Of a stretch of 64,000 nt of DNA, positions 18,455-28,038 are shown piece after piece. The DNA lies in the NCBI GenBank assembly GCA_017540815.1, contig JAFYAI010000038.1, positions 411 through 64,410 of the forward strand, read 5' to 3'. The position numbers were made by a program, and so were the translations under genes. Each line of letters opens with the position of its first letter. Within the stretch, counting starts at the first letter, position 1. The DNA is from Spirochaetales bacterium. GTDB taxonomy: Bacteria > Spirochaetota > GWE2-31-10 > MWDO01. Below the pieces are notes generated by a model that was not told the DNA's origin, made no database searches, and saw only the letters and a program-made list of their open reading frames with translations.

Positions 18455-19378
18455 TTATGCTTCATACATTCTGTGCATATAATAGTTATTCTGATACAGC
18501 TTATTCTCGGCAGACTGCAGAGCCTTCTCAATGGCATATCGTGATATATTATACATTTTGCACAGAACAGACAGGCTGTTCTGGGTCTTGATGCCGTTAT
18601 ATCTGTTCTCCAGAGTTCTTTTGCGTCGGATAATACGCTGTTCTTTGGAGCGGAGCTCGGCAGATTCTTCTTCATCGGCATTCTGTATCTTTGTGCGGAT
18701 GTCGAGCAGTTTTGCATATTTCTTGGCAATCAGATCTGCTATCTTGAGCTTCTCTTCTTCACGGGCATTCTGTATAAGACCTGCAGAGATGTTTGTCGCT
18801 GCATCATCCATAATACCGTATCTTGCTTTGATGATCTCCTGTTCCAATGATGTGAGTCCGGAATAATCAAGCATTTCATAAGAATACGACGGCAGCGGAC
18901 TATCGATACAGATCTCACTTGAATTGTTAAAGATCTCTGTAAGATTTGCATCGGATACGCTGCACCATCTTGATTTCTTATGACGAATAAATGAGATATA
19001 TCGCTTCTTGCAGATTGCGACAAACCATGTCTCAAACTCGAAGTTATCATCCGGCTTGTAGCACGAGATGAGTTTGTCAATATCGGAGACAACATAAAGA
19101 TAGTAATCGTATCTCCAATCATAACTGCGGCAGTTCATTGCACGGGCAGCACGCATGATCAGACCTGATACTTCGCCGATAAACTCTCTGCGTGACATTT
19201 GGCCGTTTTGAAACATTATCGCTTTAGCTTTAAGATTGCGTTTGGAATGGTAACGACCGTCAGAATTAGCACGAGCCTGAGCGACTGCACTGCGAACACT
19301 GTAATGTGAGTTTGATTTAACCGATGAATTGATTGAAACAGCGACAGTATTAACTGTCTTAGAAGAAACTTTTAACAT
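18455..19378 (-). CDS. possible divergent sigma-70-family-like transcription factor
   Basis: FETWFVAICKKRYISFIRHKKSR resembles sigma region 2. LTSLEQEIIKARYG and LCKMYNISRYAIEKALQSAENKL resemble region 4.1/4.2, separated by a charged insert. This is motif-level evidence only. Confidence 0.4.
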   Translation of the reverse strand: MLKVSSKTVNTVAVSINSSVKSNSHYSVRSAVAQARANSDGRYHSKRNLKAKAIMFQNGQMSRREFIGEVSGLIMRAARAMNCRSYDWRYDYYLYVVSDIDKLISCYKPDDNFEFETWFVAICKKRYISFIRHKKSRWCSVSDANLTEIFNNSSEICIDSPLPSYSYEMLDYSGLTSLEQEIIKARYGIMDDAATNISAGLIQNAREEEKLKIADLIAKKYAKLLDIRTKIQNADEEESAELRSKEQRIIRRKRTLENRYNGIKTQNSLSVLCKMYNISRYAIEKALQSAENKLYQNNYYMHRMYEA

Positions 19379-19572
19379 TTTTGACCTCGTAAACTTTTTA
19401 TTTGAAATAATATTTTTTTATTGCAGTCAATATAGCATACTTCTGAAATTATTGCAAGAAAAATTTGCAGATTTTTTATAAATTTTTTTTGTAAAAAATA
19501 CTTTTTTTATGTCGAAAATATATCGAACATAGGATCAAACATAAAATCAAGCAAATAAGCGAGGGATTTTTC

Positions 19573-20559
19573 GTGGCAGCAAAGCAGACTACTAAGAAAC
19601 AGACCGCCGGTAAGGGTAGAACACCGAAAAAAACTAATGCCAAAAAGAAGCAGGAAGAAAAGAAGCGATCTGTTATACCGTTTCTTCTGATTATTATACT
19701 CTTGCTGTTGGGTGTCATTGCTTACGCATATCGGGATAAACTTGAAGTGCTGCTGACATCAGGCATAACATATCTTAATAATCGCGATAAAACTGAAAAA
19801 AAAGACAATAAATCTAATAAAAAACATTCTGACAATGATAATCCGCTGCAGAAAGCGATCAATAAATTAGAGAAAAAAACAACAACTACAACGACTACTA
19901 CTGTCCGCAGGCCTGCAGTGACTACAACGACCACTACGATTCGTCATAAAAGTACGACTACTACAACGGTTAAGAAATTCGTGCCGGTAACTACGACTAC
20001 GACGACAGTGCGTCCGAGACCGACTACAACGACATCTACAACAACTACAACTACAACGACGACAACTGTGCGCAGGTCTGCTGTAACTACGACGACAGTG
20101 CGTGCAGCTAATGCGGCAAAACCGGCTGTTAAGACGCGAACAAGCAAAGTGTATTTCACAAGAGTGACAATGGATGATGCTTATCTGGTTGAGGCAAACC
20201 GAGAGGTGCATTATACAGACTCTCCTCTTACAGAGACTATCAAAGTGCTGTTGGCAGGCACTAATGCAGCAGAGGATGCCAAGTATATCGTGACTAATAT
20301 ACCTGATAATACTCGTCTGCTGTCTGCACGCATTGCAAATAATACGGCATATCTTGATTTCTCCGATGAGTTTGAGAATAACTTCTACGGCCGTGAGTCT
20401 ACACTGTATCAGCTTAAACAGATTGTCTATACGGCAACGGAGTTTAACGGTGTAGATGCAGTGCAGATATTAATTAATGGCACTAAGAAAGATTATCTTG
20501 GCGGAGAAGGCATACTTATCGGAGAGCCTCTTAGGAGACATGATTTCGATTCGCATTAA
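19573..20559 (+). CDS. membrane-anchored GerMN-domain protein with poly-threonine linker
   Basis: GTG start, Lys-rich N-terminus, one TM segment, Thr-rich repeats. C-terminal GerMN-like region (LTETIKVLLAG...AYLDFSDEF...LKQIVYTATEF.GVDAVQILING). Confidence 0.65.
   Translation: MAAKQTTKKQTAGKGRTPKKTNAKKKQEEKKRSVIPFLLIIILLLLGVIAYAYRDKLEVLLTSGITYLNNRDKTEKKDNKSNKKHSDNDNPLQKAINKLEKKTTTTTTTTVRRPAVTTTTTTIRHKSTTTTTVKKFVPVTTTTTTVRPRPTTTTSTTTTTTTTTTVRRSAVTTTTVRAANAAKPAVKTRTSKVYFTRVTMDDAYLVEANREVHYTDSPLTETIKVLLAGTNAAEDAKYIVTNIPDNTRLLSARIANNTAYLDFSDEFENNFYGRESTLYQLKQIVYTATEFNGVDAVQILINGTKKDYLGGEGILIGEPLRRHDFDSH
19879..20097 (+). repeat. low-complexity Thr-codon (ACN) repeat tract inside the GerMN gene
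   Basis: Reiterated T(5-10)-V-R/K-(R/P) units: TTTTTTTTVRRPAV, TTTTTTIRHK, TTTTTVKKFVPV, TTTTTTVRPRP, TTTTSTTTTTTTTTTVRRSAV, TTTTVRA. Confidence 0.7.
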
Positions 20560-20579
20560 CGGATTTTGTTCACTGCATT

Positions 20580-21320
20580 ATGAGGTGTCGGATGAGTTTC
20601 TCACAAAGCAAATTTTTAACATTATCACCGCTTAATCAAAAGAAAAAACTCGCTTATGCCATCCGCGAATACCTTGACAGCAGACAGCCACTGTCGTATA
20701 TATCCGATATGCTGGGATGGTATACGCATGCTGTCGGCTGTGATATTGCAGTGCCGCACGGAAGCCGAGACTGGCAGATCCTGCATGAAAGGCTTGTGCA
20801 GGAGATAGAAGCGATAGGCCAATATAATGACATTAAACTCTTCGATGATATTGCCAGTCATAACGGTGAGGGGATCATAGTGTTGGATAATATCCGAGCT
20901 CCGTATAATGTAGGCGGCATTATGCGGTCAGCGGAAGCATTCCATGCTGCTAAAGTTGTTATGTGCGGCATCACTCCAACTCCGGATAATGCCAAAGTTG
21001 TCCGCAGTGCAATGAATGTGCCTATACAGACTGAGTATTGTGAGCAGACGCTTGATGCTGTTACCCGTTATCGGCAGCAGGGGGACTGCATCATCGCAGT
21101 AGAGAAAACTAAAACTTCGGCAGATATATCGACTCTTACAGGATTGCCGCCGATCGGCAGGCGAGTCATTGTGTTGGGGAATGAAGAGTTCGGGATAGCA
21201 GAAGATGTGCTGTCTGTATCGGATATGATCGTGCACATACCTCTAAGCGGCTCGAAAAACTCTCTGAATGTCTGTACCGCTGCCGGTATTGCTATGTATT
21301 GTCTTTTGAATCATTCATAA
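20580..21320 (+). CDS. SpoU/TrmH-family RNA 2'-O-methyltransferase
   Basis: VLDNIRAPYNVGGIMRSAEAF, VIVLGNEEFGI, IPLSGSKNSLNV.TAAGIAMY (the SPOUT motifs). The start may be one of the nearby downstream ATGs. Confidence 0.75.
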   Translation: MRCRMSFSQSKFLTLSPLNQKKKLAYAIREYLDSRQPLSYISDMLGWYTHAVGCDIAVPHGSRDWQILHERLVQEIEAIGQYNDIKLFDDIASHNGEGIIVLDNIRAPYNVGGIMRSAEAFHAAKVVMCGITPTPDNAKVVRSAMNVPIQTEYCEQTLDAVTRYRQQGDCIIAVEKTKTSADISTLTGLPPIGRRVIVLGNEEFGIAEDVLSVSDMIVHIPLSGSKNSLNVCTAAGIAMYCLLNHS

Positions 21321-21354
21321 TCACACAATATCGCAGTAAATAATACGAATTTAT

Positions 21355-21383
21355 TTGACAAATATATAAATTTTTTCTAAAAT
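21355..21383 (+). promoter_or_regulatory. sigma70-like promoter
   Basis: TTGACA (21355-21360), 17-nt spacer, TAAAAT (21378-21383), 34 nt upstream of the ATG at 21417. Confidence 0.5.
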
Positions 21384-21416
21384 TAGGCATAAATTTTATT
21401 ATATCGGGAGTCTGTA

Positions 21417-22289
21417 ATGAGATTACAAAAGACAGCGAAAATAATGATAACTGTAATGGCGATCATGTGTATGATCCTGCCGTCTGCAGAAGCGAAAAAG
21501 AAAGACAAAGGCAGCAAAAGCAAAGGCGACCGCACATTTATGATCAACGTCGGAGGTGGTTTTGGTCTGATTATCCCGGGCTTTGATATTTATACCGAAG
21601 AATGGGGCAGCAACTACAATCAGTGGACTTATGTTAATTTCGGTGGATATGTTGTCGGCAACTTCGGCATGACATTCGATATGGGTAAAAAGAAGAAATG
21701 GTCACTCGGACCTGCTGTTCAGCTGGGCTGGAAAGCAGAGGGCGGACCGTTCGCCGGATACTCTGAGAAACGAGGTCGCAACATTGATGTTTGGACAGCA
21801 GATCAGATATATAATGGTTCTGATTGGTGGATTGCCAATCGCGGAAGATTTAGTCACGCATTTATCGCAGATGCCTGCGTAGCGATTAAAGGCAACCCGC
21901 AGAAGTCAGCTCGCCTTGTTGCAGAAGCAGGACTCAGATTCAGTTTTGCATTTATGTATGATTATGTAGAATGGAAAAACGATACTCCAAATACGATTTT
22001 CCGTGAAGTTGACGGTTGGTCTTCTGCAAAATACAGATTTATGCTCGGACCGAGTGTATTTATCGGAGCAGATGCTTATGCCGGAGATCATGTAATGCTC
22101 ACACCGGGACTTCGTATAGCAGCTGCATTCGGTCCGGATTGGGGAATAGGAGTATCAACTGAGACCAAGTATGACAGATTCGGTAATCCTATACCTATAG
22201 CAGAAGTGACCACAAACAAATACAGTTATAGTCATGTATATATCGACTTCGCATTTGAGCTGAAGATCAACTGGTATAACAAGTCATAA
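21417..22289 (+). CDS. candidate outer-membrane beta-barrel protein
   Basis: Signal peptide ending SAEA, Gly/aromatic-rich alternating pattern, C-terminal FELKINWYNKS. Confidence 0.45.
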   Translation: MRLQKTAKIMITVMAIMCMILPSAEAKKKDKGSKSKGDRTFMINVGGGFGLIIPGFDIYTEEWGSNYNQWTYVNFGGYVVGNFGMTFDMGKKKKWSLGPAVQLGWKAEGGPFAGYSEKRGRNIDVWTADQIYNGSDWWIANRGRFSHAFIADACVAIKGNPQKSARLVAEAGLRFSFAFMYDYVEWKNDTPNTIFREVDGWSSAKYRFMLGPSVFIGADAYAGDHVMLTPGLRIAAAFGPDWGIGVSTETKYDRFGNPIPIAEVTTNKYSYSHVYIDFAFELKINWYNKS

Positions 22290-24073
22290 TGCTCAATGCG
22301 AGATTAAACATAAAAATTCTGCCGAAAGGCAGAATTTTTATGTTTATATGCTTATTTTTTACCGCATTTCACATATTCTGCGAAGAAGCAGAGCAAAAGA
22401 GTCTGACAACATATCTGTCCGAAGGTAAGAAAGCGATCGAAGCGGAGTCTTTCGATAAAGCGATTAAGATATTTGATGAAGCGGAATCGGTTTATCCTTC
22501 TTCTTATCTGCCTAACTCTTACAAAGGTGATCTCTACAAGAAATATGACCTCTACAAATCGGCAATAAATGAATATGAGAAAGCTCTGAAAAAACAGACG
22601 AAATCCATAACTCTCTACGATGATCTGGCGGAGTGCTACAGCAATCAGGGTGATGAGGAGAAAGCGATAGAGATATATAAGAGAGCACTGGCACAGGTGT
22701 ATAATTCTTCGGATTTGTATAACTCGCTGGCTTGGTCGTATATCAAGACCAATCGTATCGATGAGAGTCTGGCAACGCTTAAGACTGCACTTGATAACTA
22801 TCCCAACTCTGCCGATCTGCTGGTGACTCTTGGCTCTGCTTACTATTCGGCTGATGACTATGAGAATGCAAGGAAAGCATATATCTCGTCAGAGTATCAT
22901 TCGTTTCGGCAGGGCAAGAGCGGATCGTTTCGTGCTATAGTCAAGTATAATCAGGCATCTCTGGAACACAGTTTCGGACATTACGAAGAGGCGATGAAGA
23001 CTGCCGACAGTGCCAATACTTACTCTCAGAGAAGTTCTGCTCATATACTGCAGGCTGAGATGTCATTCAATATGCTTGACTTCGATAAGTGTCTGCAGGA
23101 AGTGCGGAAAGCATCCCAACTCCAGCCTGTGACACTCTATCCGGATCAGATCTTAACGCGGATATATACCATTACTAATCAGATTGATAAAGCAGAAGCG
23201 ATCATTACCAGATTGGAGCATAACAGTGATCATAAGTGGCTATCTTCGTTCTCGACGAGCCTTGATGATTATTTTGCGCATGTTTATTCGCTGGCTGCGG
23301 AGATGTATGAAGTAAAGTCTCATATCGCTTTCGCAGAATATGATAATCCGATTAATGCCATTCTGCACAAGTATCTGTATCGGTTAAGATCATTCATATA
23401 TCGGATAAAGTATGCCAATATATGTCTCAAAACAGGCCGTAGGCAGATAGACGGAGGCAGCGTAAGCTCCGGTTTGGAGAATCTGTACGAAGCATATTCG
23501 CAGTTTGATATTCTGTCCGGCAAAGCACTGAAAGTCCTCAATATCCTTGCCGAGAGGGAGACTATGGTCAGACCGTTCACTATGCCTAAGTATAATATCA
23601 TGCGCAGCGATCTGCACCGCAAGTCATCCGTATTCTATACCGGATCGAAGAATGAGCATGTTATATTGGAGAATATGAAACAGATCAATCCCAAGTGGGA
23701 GCGTGTATCTTTGGCTGACGGGTATTTGTATCTGATAGATTCGTCGAATGGACAGCGGCGGCAGGAGTATATCAGCAGATTATTTATGATGTGTCCGTCA
23801 GTCGTTGCCGGTCATGGGCTGAAACTTGAGTGCCGCATTGAATTCGTCGGGGAGTCTGAATATAATACCGCTAAACTCATTCGCCGCCTCAGAAAGTATA
23901 AGATATATCATAATGAAGCTGCAGATATAAGACTGATGATAAGTCTCGGCAGCAGTTATATGACGATCGCAGCTGTGGATGCAGCGGGAGTGACTAAGAC
24001 TTTCTCTAAAGATCTGATTCCTGATGATAAGAATATCGCCAAACAGATTTGGCAGTGCATATTTGTAAGATAA
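22289..24073 (+). CDS. tetratricopeptide repeat protein
   Basis: The start overlaps the upstream stop (TAATG). N-terminal hydrophobic segment, then multiple TPR units (YxxALxxxP pattern). Confidence 0.7.
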   Translation: MLNARLNIKILPKGRIFMFICLFFTAFHIFCEEAEQKSLTTYLSEGKKAIEAESFDKAIKIFDEAESVYPSSYLPNSYKGDLYKKYDLYKSAINEYEKALKKQTKSITLYDDLAECYSNQGDEEKAIEIYKRALAQVYNSSDLYNSLAWSYIKTNRIDESLATLKTALDNYPNSADLLVTLGSAYYSADDYENARKAYISSEYHSFRQGKSGSFRAIVKYNQASLEHSFGHYEEAMKTADSANTYSQRSSAHILQAEMSFNMLDFDKCLQEVRKASQLQPVTLYPDQILTRIYTITNQIDKAEAIITRLEHNSDHKWLSSFSTSLDDYFAHVYSLAAEMYEVKSHIAFAEYDNPINAILHKYLYRLRSFIYRIKYANICLKTGRRQIDGGSVSSGLENLYEAYSQFDILSGKALKVLNILAERETMVRPFTMPKYNIMRSDLHRKSSVFYTGSKNEHVILENMKQINPKWERVSLADGYLYLIDSSNGQRRQEYISRLFMMCPSVVAGHGLKLECRIEFVGESEYNTAKLIRRLRKYKIYHNEAADIRLMISLGSSYMTIAAVDAAGVTKTFSKDLIPDDKNIAKQIWQCIFVR

Positions 24074-24088
24074 CTCGGATTTATCGCA

Positions 24089-24832
24089 TTACGCATTTAT
24101 GGACTTAATATATCTGTTCATCATGCGGCATACTGCTCTGTATTCTTCAAAACTGTAATGATATGTCTGCCGTGCCGGATCTATGTATAGCCTTCGGACA
24201 GACATATAGAGACTCTGAGCGAATTTATCTGATTTATTGGCAGACTTTGCTATATTAGTGTCTATATACTGACCTGCTGACAGGAGTATCTGTCCGAACA
24301 GTTCTGCAGCCCGCTGATTAAGCGGAGCGGATAGGCTGCGCATTGCTTTGTCAACTGCATTAGAGATCATGCTGCTGAGTCTGGTCAATATATCACGAGT
24401 CAGATATTTATATTCTGAGAAGTATTTATTGAATAAGTCTTTATAGATTGCTTTCTTAAGATCAGGGCGATTGTCTGCGTACAACCGCAGATCCATCGAT
24501 GAGAGTATTGTTTGCAGTGTGTCTGTTATATCGTCAAATTTCAGCTCTATCTCGCTCAGGACATCTTCGCTTAGTTCTGCTTCTTTAAGAGCATTGGGAT
24601 CTATAAAATCTTCATCACTGTAGTCATCATCATAGCTGCGAATAACTTTATGAGTATCTGCATGGACAACAGCTGCTGCAATTTCATCATCGTATAAATG
24701 CAGACTATAGTCGGTGATAAGAGCAGCCGGTGAGTCGAGCAAAGCATCGATTGACAGAGACGGATCATTGTCAGGTTTGAAGTCTCGTATAGTTTGGAAT
24801 ATCTTAATCACACTTGCGTATTTGAAGTCCAT
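24089..24832 (-). CDS. hypothetical acidic protein
   Basis: Clean 247-aa ORF, convergent with the TPR gene. No family recognised. Confidence 0.5.
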   Translation of the reverse strand: MDFKYASVIKIFQTIRDFKPDNDPSLSIDALLDSPAALITDYSLHLYDDEIAAAVVHADTHKVIRSYDDDYSDEDFIDPNALKEAELSEDVLSEIELKFDDITDTLQTILSSMDLRLYADNRPDLKKAIYKDLFNKYFSEYKYLTRDILTRLSSMISNAVDKAMRSLSAPLNQRAAELFGQILLSAGQYIDTNIAKSANKSDKFAQSLYMSVRRLYIDPARQTYHYSFEEYRAVCRMMNRYIKSINA

Positions 24833-24930
24833 AAAATACCTGTTTTTTATAAATTATAAAATTTTTTTTGACTTTTACTAAAAATAATTATATTATAATA
24901 TCGAAAAAATTTTGTTAAATCAATAACAAA

Positions 24931-25767
24931 ATGACAAATAATTTTCAAACAGGTGCAAAATTTATTATGAAATCCTTGCGGGAAGAATTGGAGTGGCTGA
25001 GAGACAAGTATTCAATCGTCGGTGTTAAAGGCGGCACAGAGATTGAAGCAATGACATTTGATGATATATATACTATGCGGTCTGTCAGTGACGGCATCCT
25101 GCCTATGACAGTCAAGATAGGCGGAGCAGAAGCCCGCAACGATATAGACTATATGATGAGCATAGGTGTTGATACGATCCTTGCACCGATGATTGAGTCG
25201 CCTTATGCACTGCGTAATTTCGTCAGAACGATGGAGACTATGGATAAGGATCATACATGCCGTATGGCTGTAAATATCGAAACAATCTTTGCATATAATA
25301 ATCTGACTGCGATATTTGCGATGAGCGAGTTTGAGCAGGTTCACTCCGTTACTGTCGGGCGGACAGATCTGTCAGGTTCTCTCGGTATGAATGTTGACTC
25401 TGATCGTGTGACTGAGATAACTGCAGATATTATACGCCGGGCTAAACAGTATGACAAGATGACATCAGTCGGCGGCAAGATTATGCCGGATAATGCGGAG
25501 CTGGTCAAGACAGGCACGAAACCTAACACGATAAATACAAGGCATATCATTATAGATACATCAGCTGATAATATCACGGAGAGCGTATATTATGCTCTGT
25601 TATGGGAGAGAGACTTCTATCTGCATCTGCGTAATCTCTATCCGCTGCGTGCGGAATTCTACAGTCTCCGCATGATGTCGATCGAAAACAGGATCAACTA
25701 TGTAGACTATCATCACAGTCCGGTCAATACTCCGGATAAACAGATAGTATGGGATGTGCTGCCGTAA
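24931..25767 (+). CDS. HpcH/HpaI aldolase / citrate-lyase-beta-like TIM-barrel protein
   Basis: DTILAPMIESPYA, AVNIET and VTVGRTDLSGSLGM match the strand-end motifs of this superfamily. Confidence 0.5.
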   Translation: MTNNFQTGAKFIMKSLREELEWLRDKYSIVGVKGGTEIEAMTFDDIYTMRSVSDGILPMTVKIGGAEARNDIDYMMSIGVDTILAPMIESPYALRNFVRTMETMDKDHTCRMAVNIETIFAYNNLTAIFAMSEFEQVHSVTVGRTDLSGSLGMNVDSDRVTEITADIIRRAKQYDKMTSVGGKIMPDNAELVKTGTKPNTINTRHIIIDTSADNITESVYYALLWERDFYLHLRNLYPLRAEFYSLRMMSIENRINYVDYHHSPVNTPDKQIVWDVLP

Positions 25768-25803
25768 GCAGTCTAAATGTAAAAATCCAAACGAAGGCAA
25801 ATT

Positions 25804-27369
25804 ATGAAGCAGATTTATGATACAATAGTTATCGGAACGGGAATCGCAGGATTGACTGCCGCTATCCATCTGAAGGAAGCCGGTCAGAATGTCATTGTGC
25901 TGACAAAAAATGATAAAGTAAGTGAATGCAATACCAACTATGCTCAGGGCGGCATTATCGCATACAGACCTGATGATTCGGCAGAGGCACTGGAGAAAGA
26001 TATACTATATGCAGGGTGCTATTACAATAATAAGCAGGCTGTAGCAACACTTGCCAACGAAGGTCCTAAACTTGTATTCGATTTCCTTATCAATAAGATA
26101 GGCATTCAGTTCAGCACAAATGATGCAGGTCAGCTCGACTATACGGAGGAAGCAGCACACAGTCAGCGCCGCATACTGCATTATCAGGATCATACAGGTG
26201 ACAAGATAGAGTCATCACTGATTGCATACGCTCAGAAGATCGGTATCACCATTCTGCCGGGACATACAGCGATAGACCTTATCACGAATAATCATCACAG
26301 CACAGATAATCAGGAATTGTATAAACCAAGAGAGGTAATGGGTGTCTATGCTCTGAATAATGCAACCGGTGAAGTTGTCACATTCTTTGCATCTAATGTG
26401 ATATTGGCCACAGGCGGCGTGGGCAACCTCTTCCAATATACGACTAATCCTGCCTCTGCGACAGGTGACGGCATAAGTATGGCATATCGTGCCGGAGCAG
26501 ACATTATCAATGCTGAGTTTGTGCAGTTCCATCCGACGGCACTGTTTCATAAGGATCTGAAGAGATTCCTTATATCAGAGTCTTTGCGCGGAGAAGGGGC
26601 GAAGCTGCTCAATCATAACGGTGAGCAGTTTATGAGCAAATATTCTCCGCTGAAAGAGCTTGCTCCGAGGGATGTTGTGGCCCGTGCAATATACGAAGAG
26701 ATTAACACGACAGGCAAGGAGTATGTGCTGCTTGATCTTGCTCATTATTACACCGGCACTAAGCCGATCGAAGAGCGGTTCTACAAGATATATCACACAT
26801 GCAAAGAAGTCGGACTTGATATTACCAAAGATCCTATACCGGTTGTGCCTGCTGCACACTTCTTCTGCGGCGGGATTAAGGTCGATAATAATGGCAGAGC
26901 CTCTGTGAGAAATCTCTACGCTGTCGGAGAAGTCAGCTGTACAGGACTGCACGGAGCGAACAGGCTTGCAAGTGACTCTCTGCTGGAAGGTATGCTGTGG
27001 GGCAAGCGTGCTGCCGATGATATTATCGCTAACGGCAATCACATCACGGGTAAGAGATTTGACTGCATACCTGATTGGCGGCAGCCGGCGGATAGCATAG
27101 AGTTTGATAAACTGCTTATCTATCAGGATTGGAATGCAATCAAACTGACTATGTGGAACTATACAGGTATAGTCAGGACGCGAACAGGATTGGCCCGTGC
27201 AAGTGCCGATCTGAACTACTACTATCACCGCATTATCAAGTTCTACAAAGAAGCCAAACTTAACCGTGACATCATAGAACTGCGCAACGGCATTGTAACT
27301 GCACAGCTGATAGTATCGGCAGCGATCCACAATGACAAGTCGCTGGGCTGTCATTTCATCAAAGATTAA
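25804..27369 (+). CDS. nadB: L-aspartate oxidase
   Basis: DTIVIGTGIAGLTAA FAD fold, FVQFHPTAL, GEVSCTGLHGANRLASDSLLEG. Length 521 aa. Confidence 0.85.
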   Translation: MKQIYDTIVIGTGIAGLTAAIHLKEAGQNVIVLTKNDKVSECNTNYAQGGIIAYRPDDSAEALEKDILYAGCYYNNKQAVATLANEGPKLVFDFLINKIGIQFSTNDAGQLDYTEEAAHSQRRILHYQDHTGDKIESSLIAYAQKIGITILPGHTAIDLITNNHHSTDNQELYKPREVMGVYALNNATGEVVTFFASNVILATGGVGNLFQYTTNPASATGDGISMAYRAGADIINAEFVQFHPTALFHKDLKRFLISESLRGEGAKLLNHNGEQFMSKYSPLKELAPRDVVARAIYEEINTTGKEYVLLDLAHYYTGTKPIEERFYKIYHTCKEVGLDITKDPIPVVPAAHFFCGGIKVDNNGRASVRNLYAVGEVSCTGLHGANRLASDSLLEGMLWGKRAADDIIANGNHITGKRFDCIPDWRQPADSIEFDKLLIYQDWNAIKLTMWNYTGIVRTRTGLARASADLNYYYHRIIKFYKEAKLNRDIIELRNGIVTAQLIVSAAIHNDKSLGCHFIKD

Positions 27370-27389
27370 ACAGCAGGGAGAATATCATA

Positions 27390-28022
27390 ATGAGCGAAGT
27401 GCAGGAAGTCTCATCTCTAAGCGTGGACGGTTCACTGACTAAGATAACAGATACTATCCGCAAGGAATTTTTCCGCAAGTCTATACACATGATGAGTGCT
27501 TTTGTCCCTCTTGTTTATTTCTTCTCACGGCCGCTTGTGCTGATAGGACTGCTGTCGGTGACGCTGTTTTATTTTTTATGTGAAGTGAGCCGTTATCATG
27601 GACACCGCATACCGATTATAGCCAATATAACCGAACTTGCCAGCCGATCACGGGATGCCGGCAAAGTCGTATTAGGACCTATAACGCTGGCGATAGGTAT
27701 ATTTATCTGTCTTACGCTGTTTGATTTTCAGATTGCTACTCTTGCTATATTCTCAGTTTCATTTGGTGACGGTGTTGCAAGTTTGTTCGGCAAGATCATA
27801 GGCGGTCCCAAGATTCCTCTGACATTCGGCAAGACATTCAGCGGCAGCACAGGATGCTTTTTGGTGCTGTGTTTCGTTTATTTTCTGTGCGGACTTACCA
27901 AATCTCAGGTGATCCTTTTATCATTTTTTGCTGCATTTATAGAAGCAATGCCGACAGGAGATCTGGATAATCTTATCCTGCCTGTCAGTGTCGGGATGAT
28001 ACTGAAGTATTTCGTGGTGTGA
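27390..28022 (+). CDS. polyprenol/phytol kinase-type (CTP-dependent, DGK1/SEC59/VTE5-like) membrane protein
   Basis: RKSIHMMSAF start of the conserved core, six hydrophobic segments, and FGDGVASLFGK, which resembles the cytidylyltransferase-family loop. Confidence 0.5.
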   Translation: MSEVQEVSSLSVDGSLTKITDTIRKEFFRKSIHMMSAFVPLVYFFSRPLVLIGLLSVTLFYFLCEVSRYHGHRIPIIANITELASRSRDAGKVVLGPITLAIGIFICLTLFDFQIATLAIFSVSFGDGVASLFGKIIGGPKIPLTFGKTFSGSTGCFLVLCFVYFLCGLTKSQVILLSFFAAFIEAMPTGDLDNLILPVSVGMILKYFVV

Positions 28023-28038
28023 AGATAATGCACAATGT

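Noticed and set aside
19879-20097. Thr-codon repeat tract considered as a CRISPR-like or satellite array
   Set aside because: It is in frame within a continuous ORF, the units are irregular in length, and there are no spacers. It is coding low-complexity sequence.
26575-27354. 259-aa minus-strand ORF opposite nadB
   Set aside because: It lies inside the well-supported L-aspartate oxidase frame, has no RBS or family resemblance, and is a shadow ORF.
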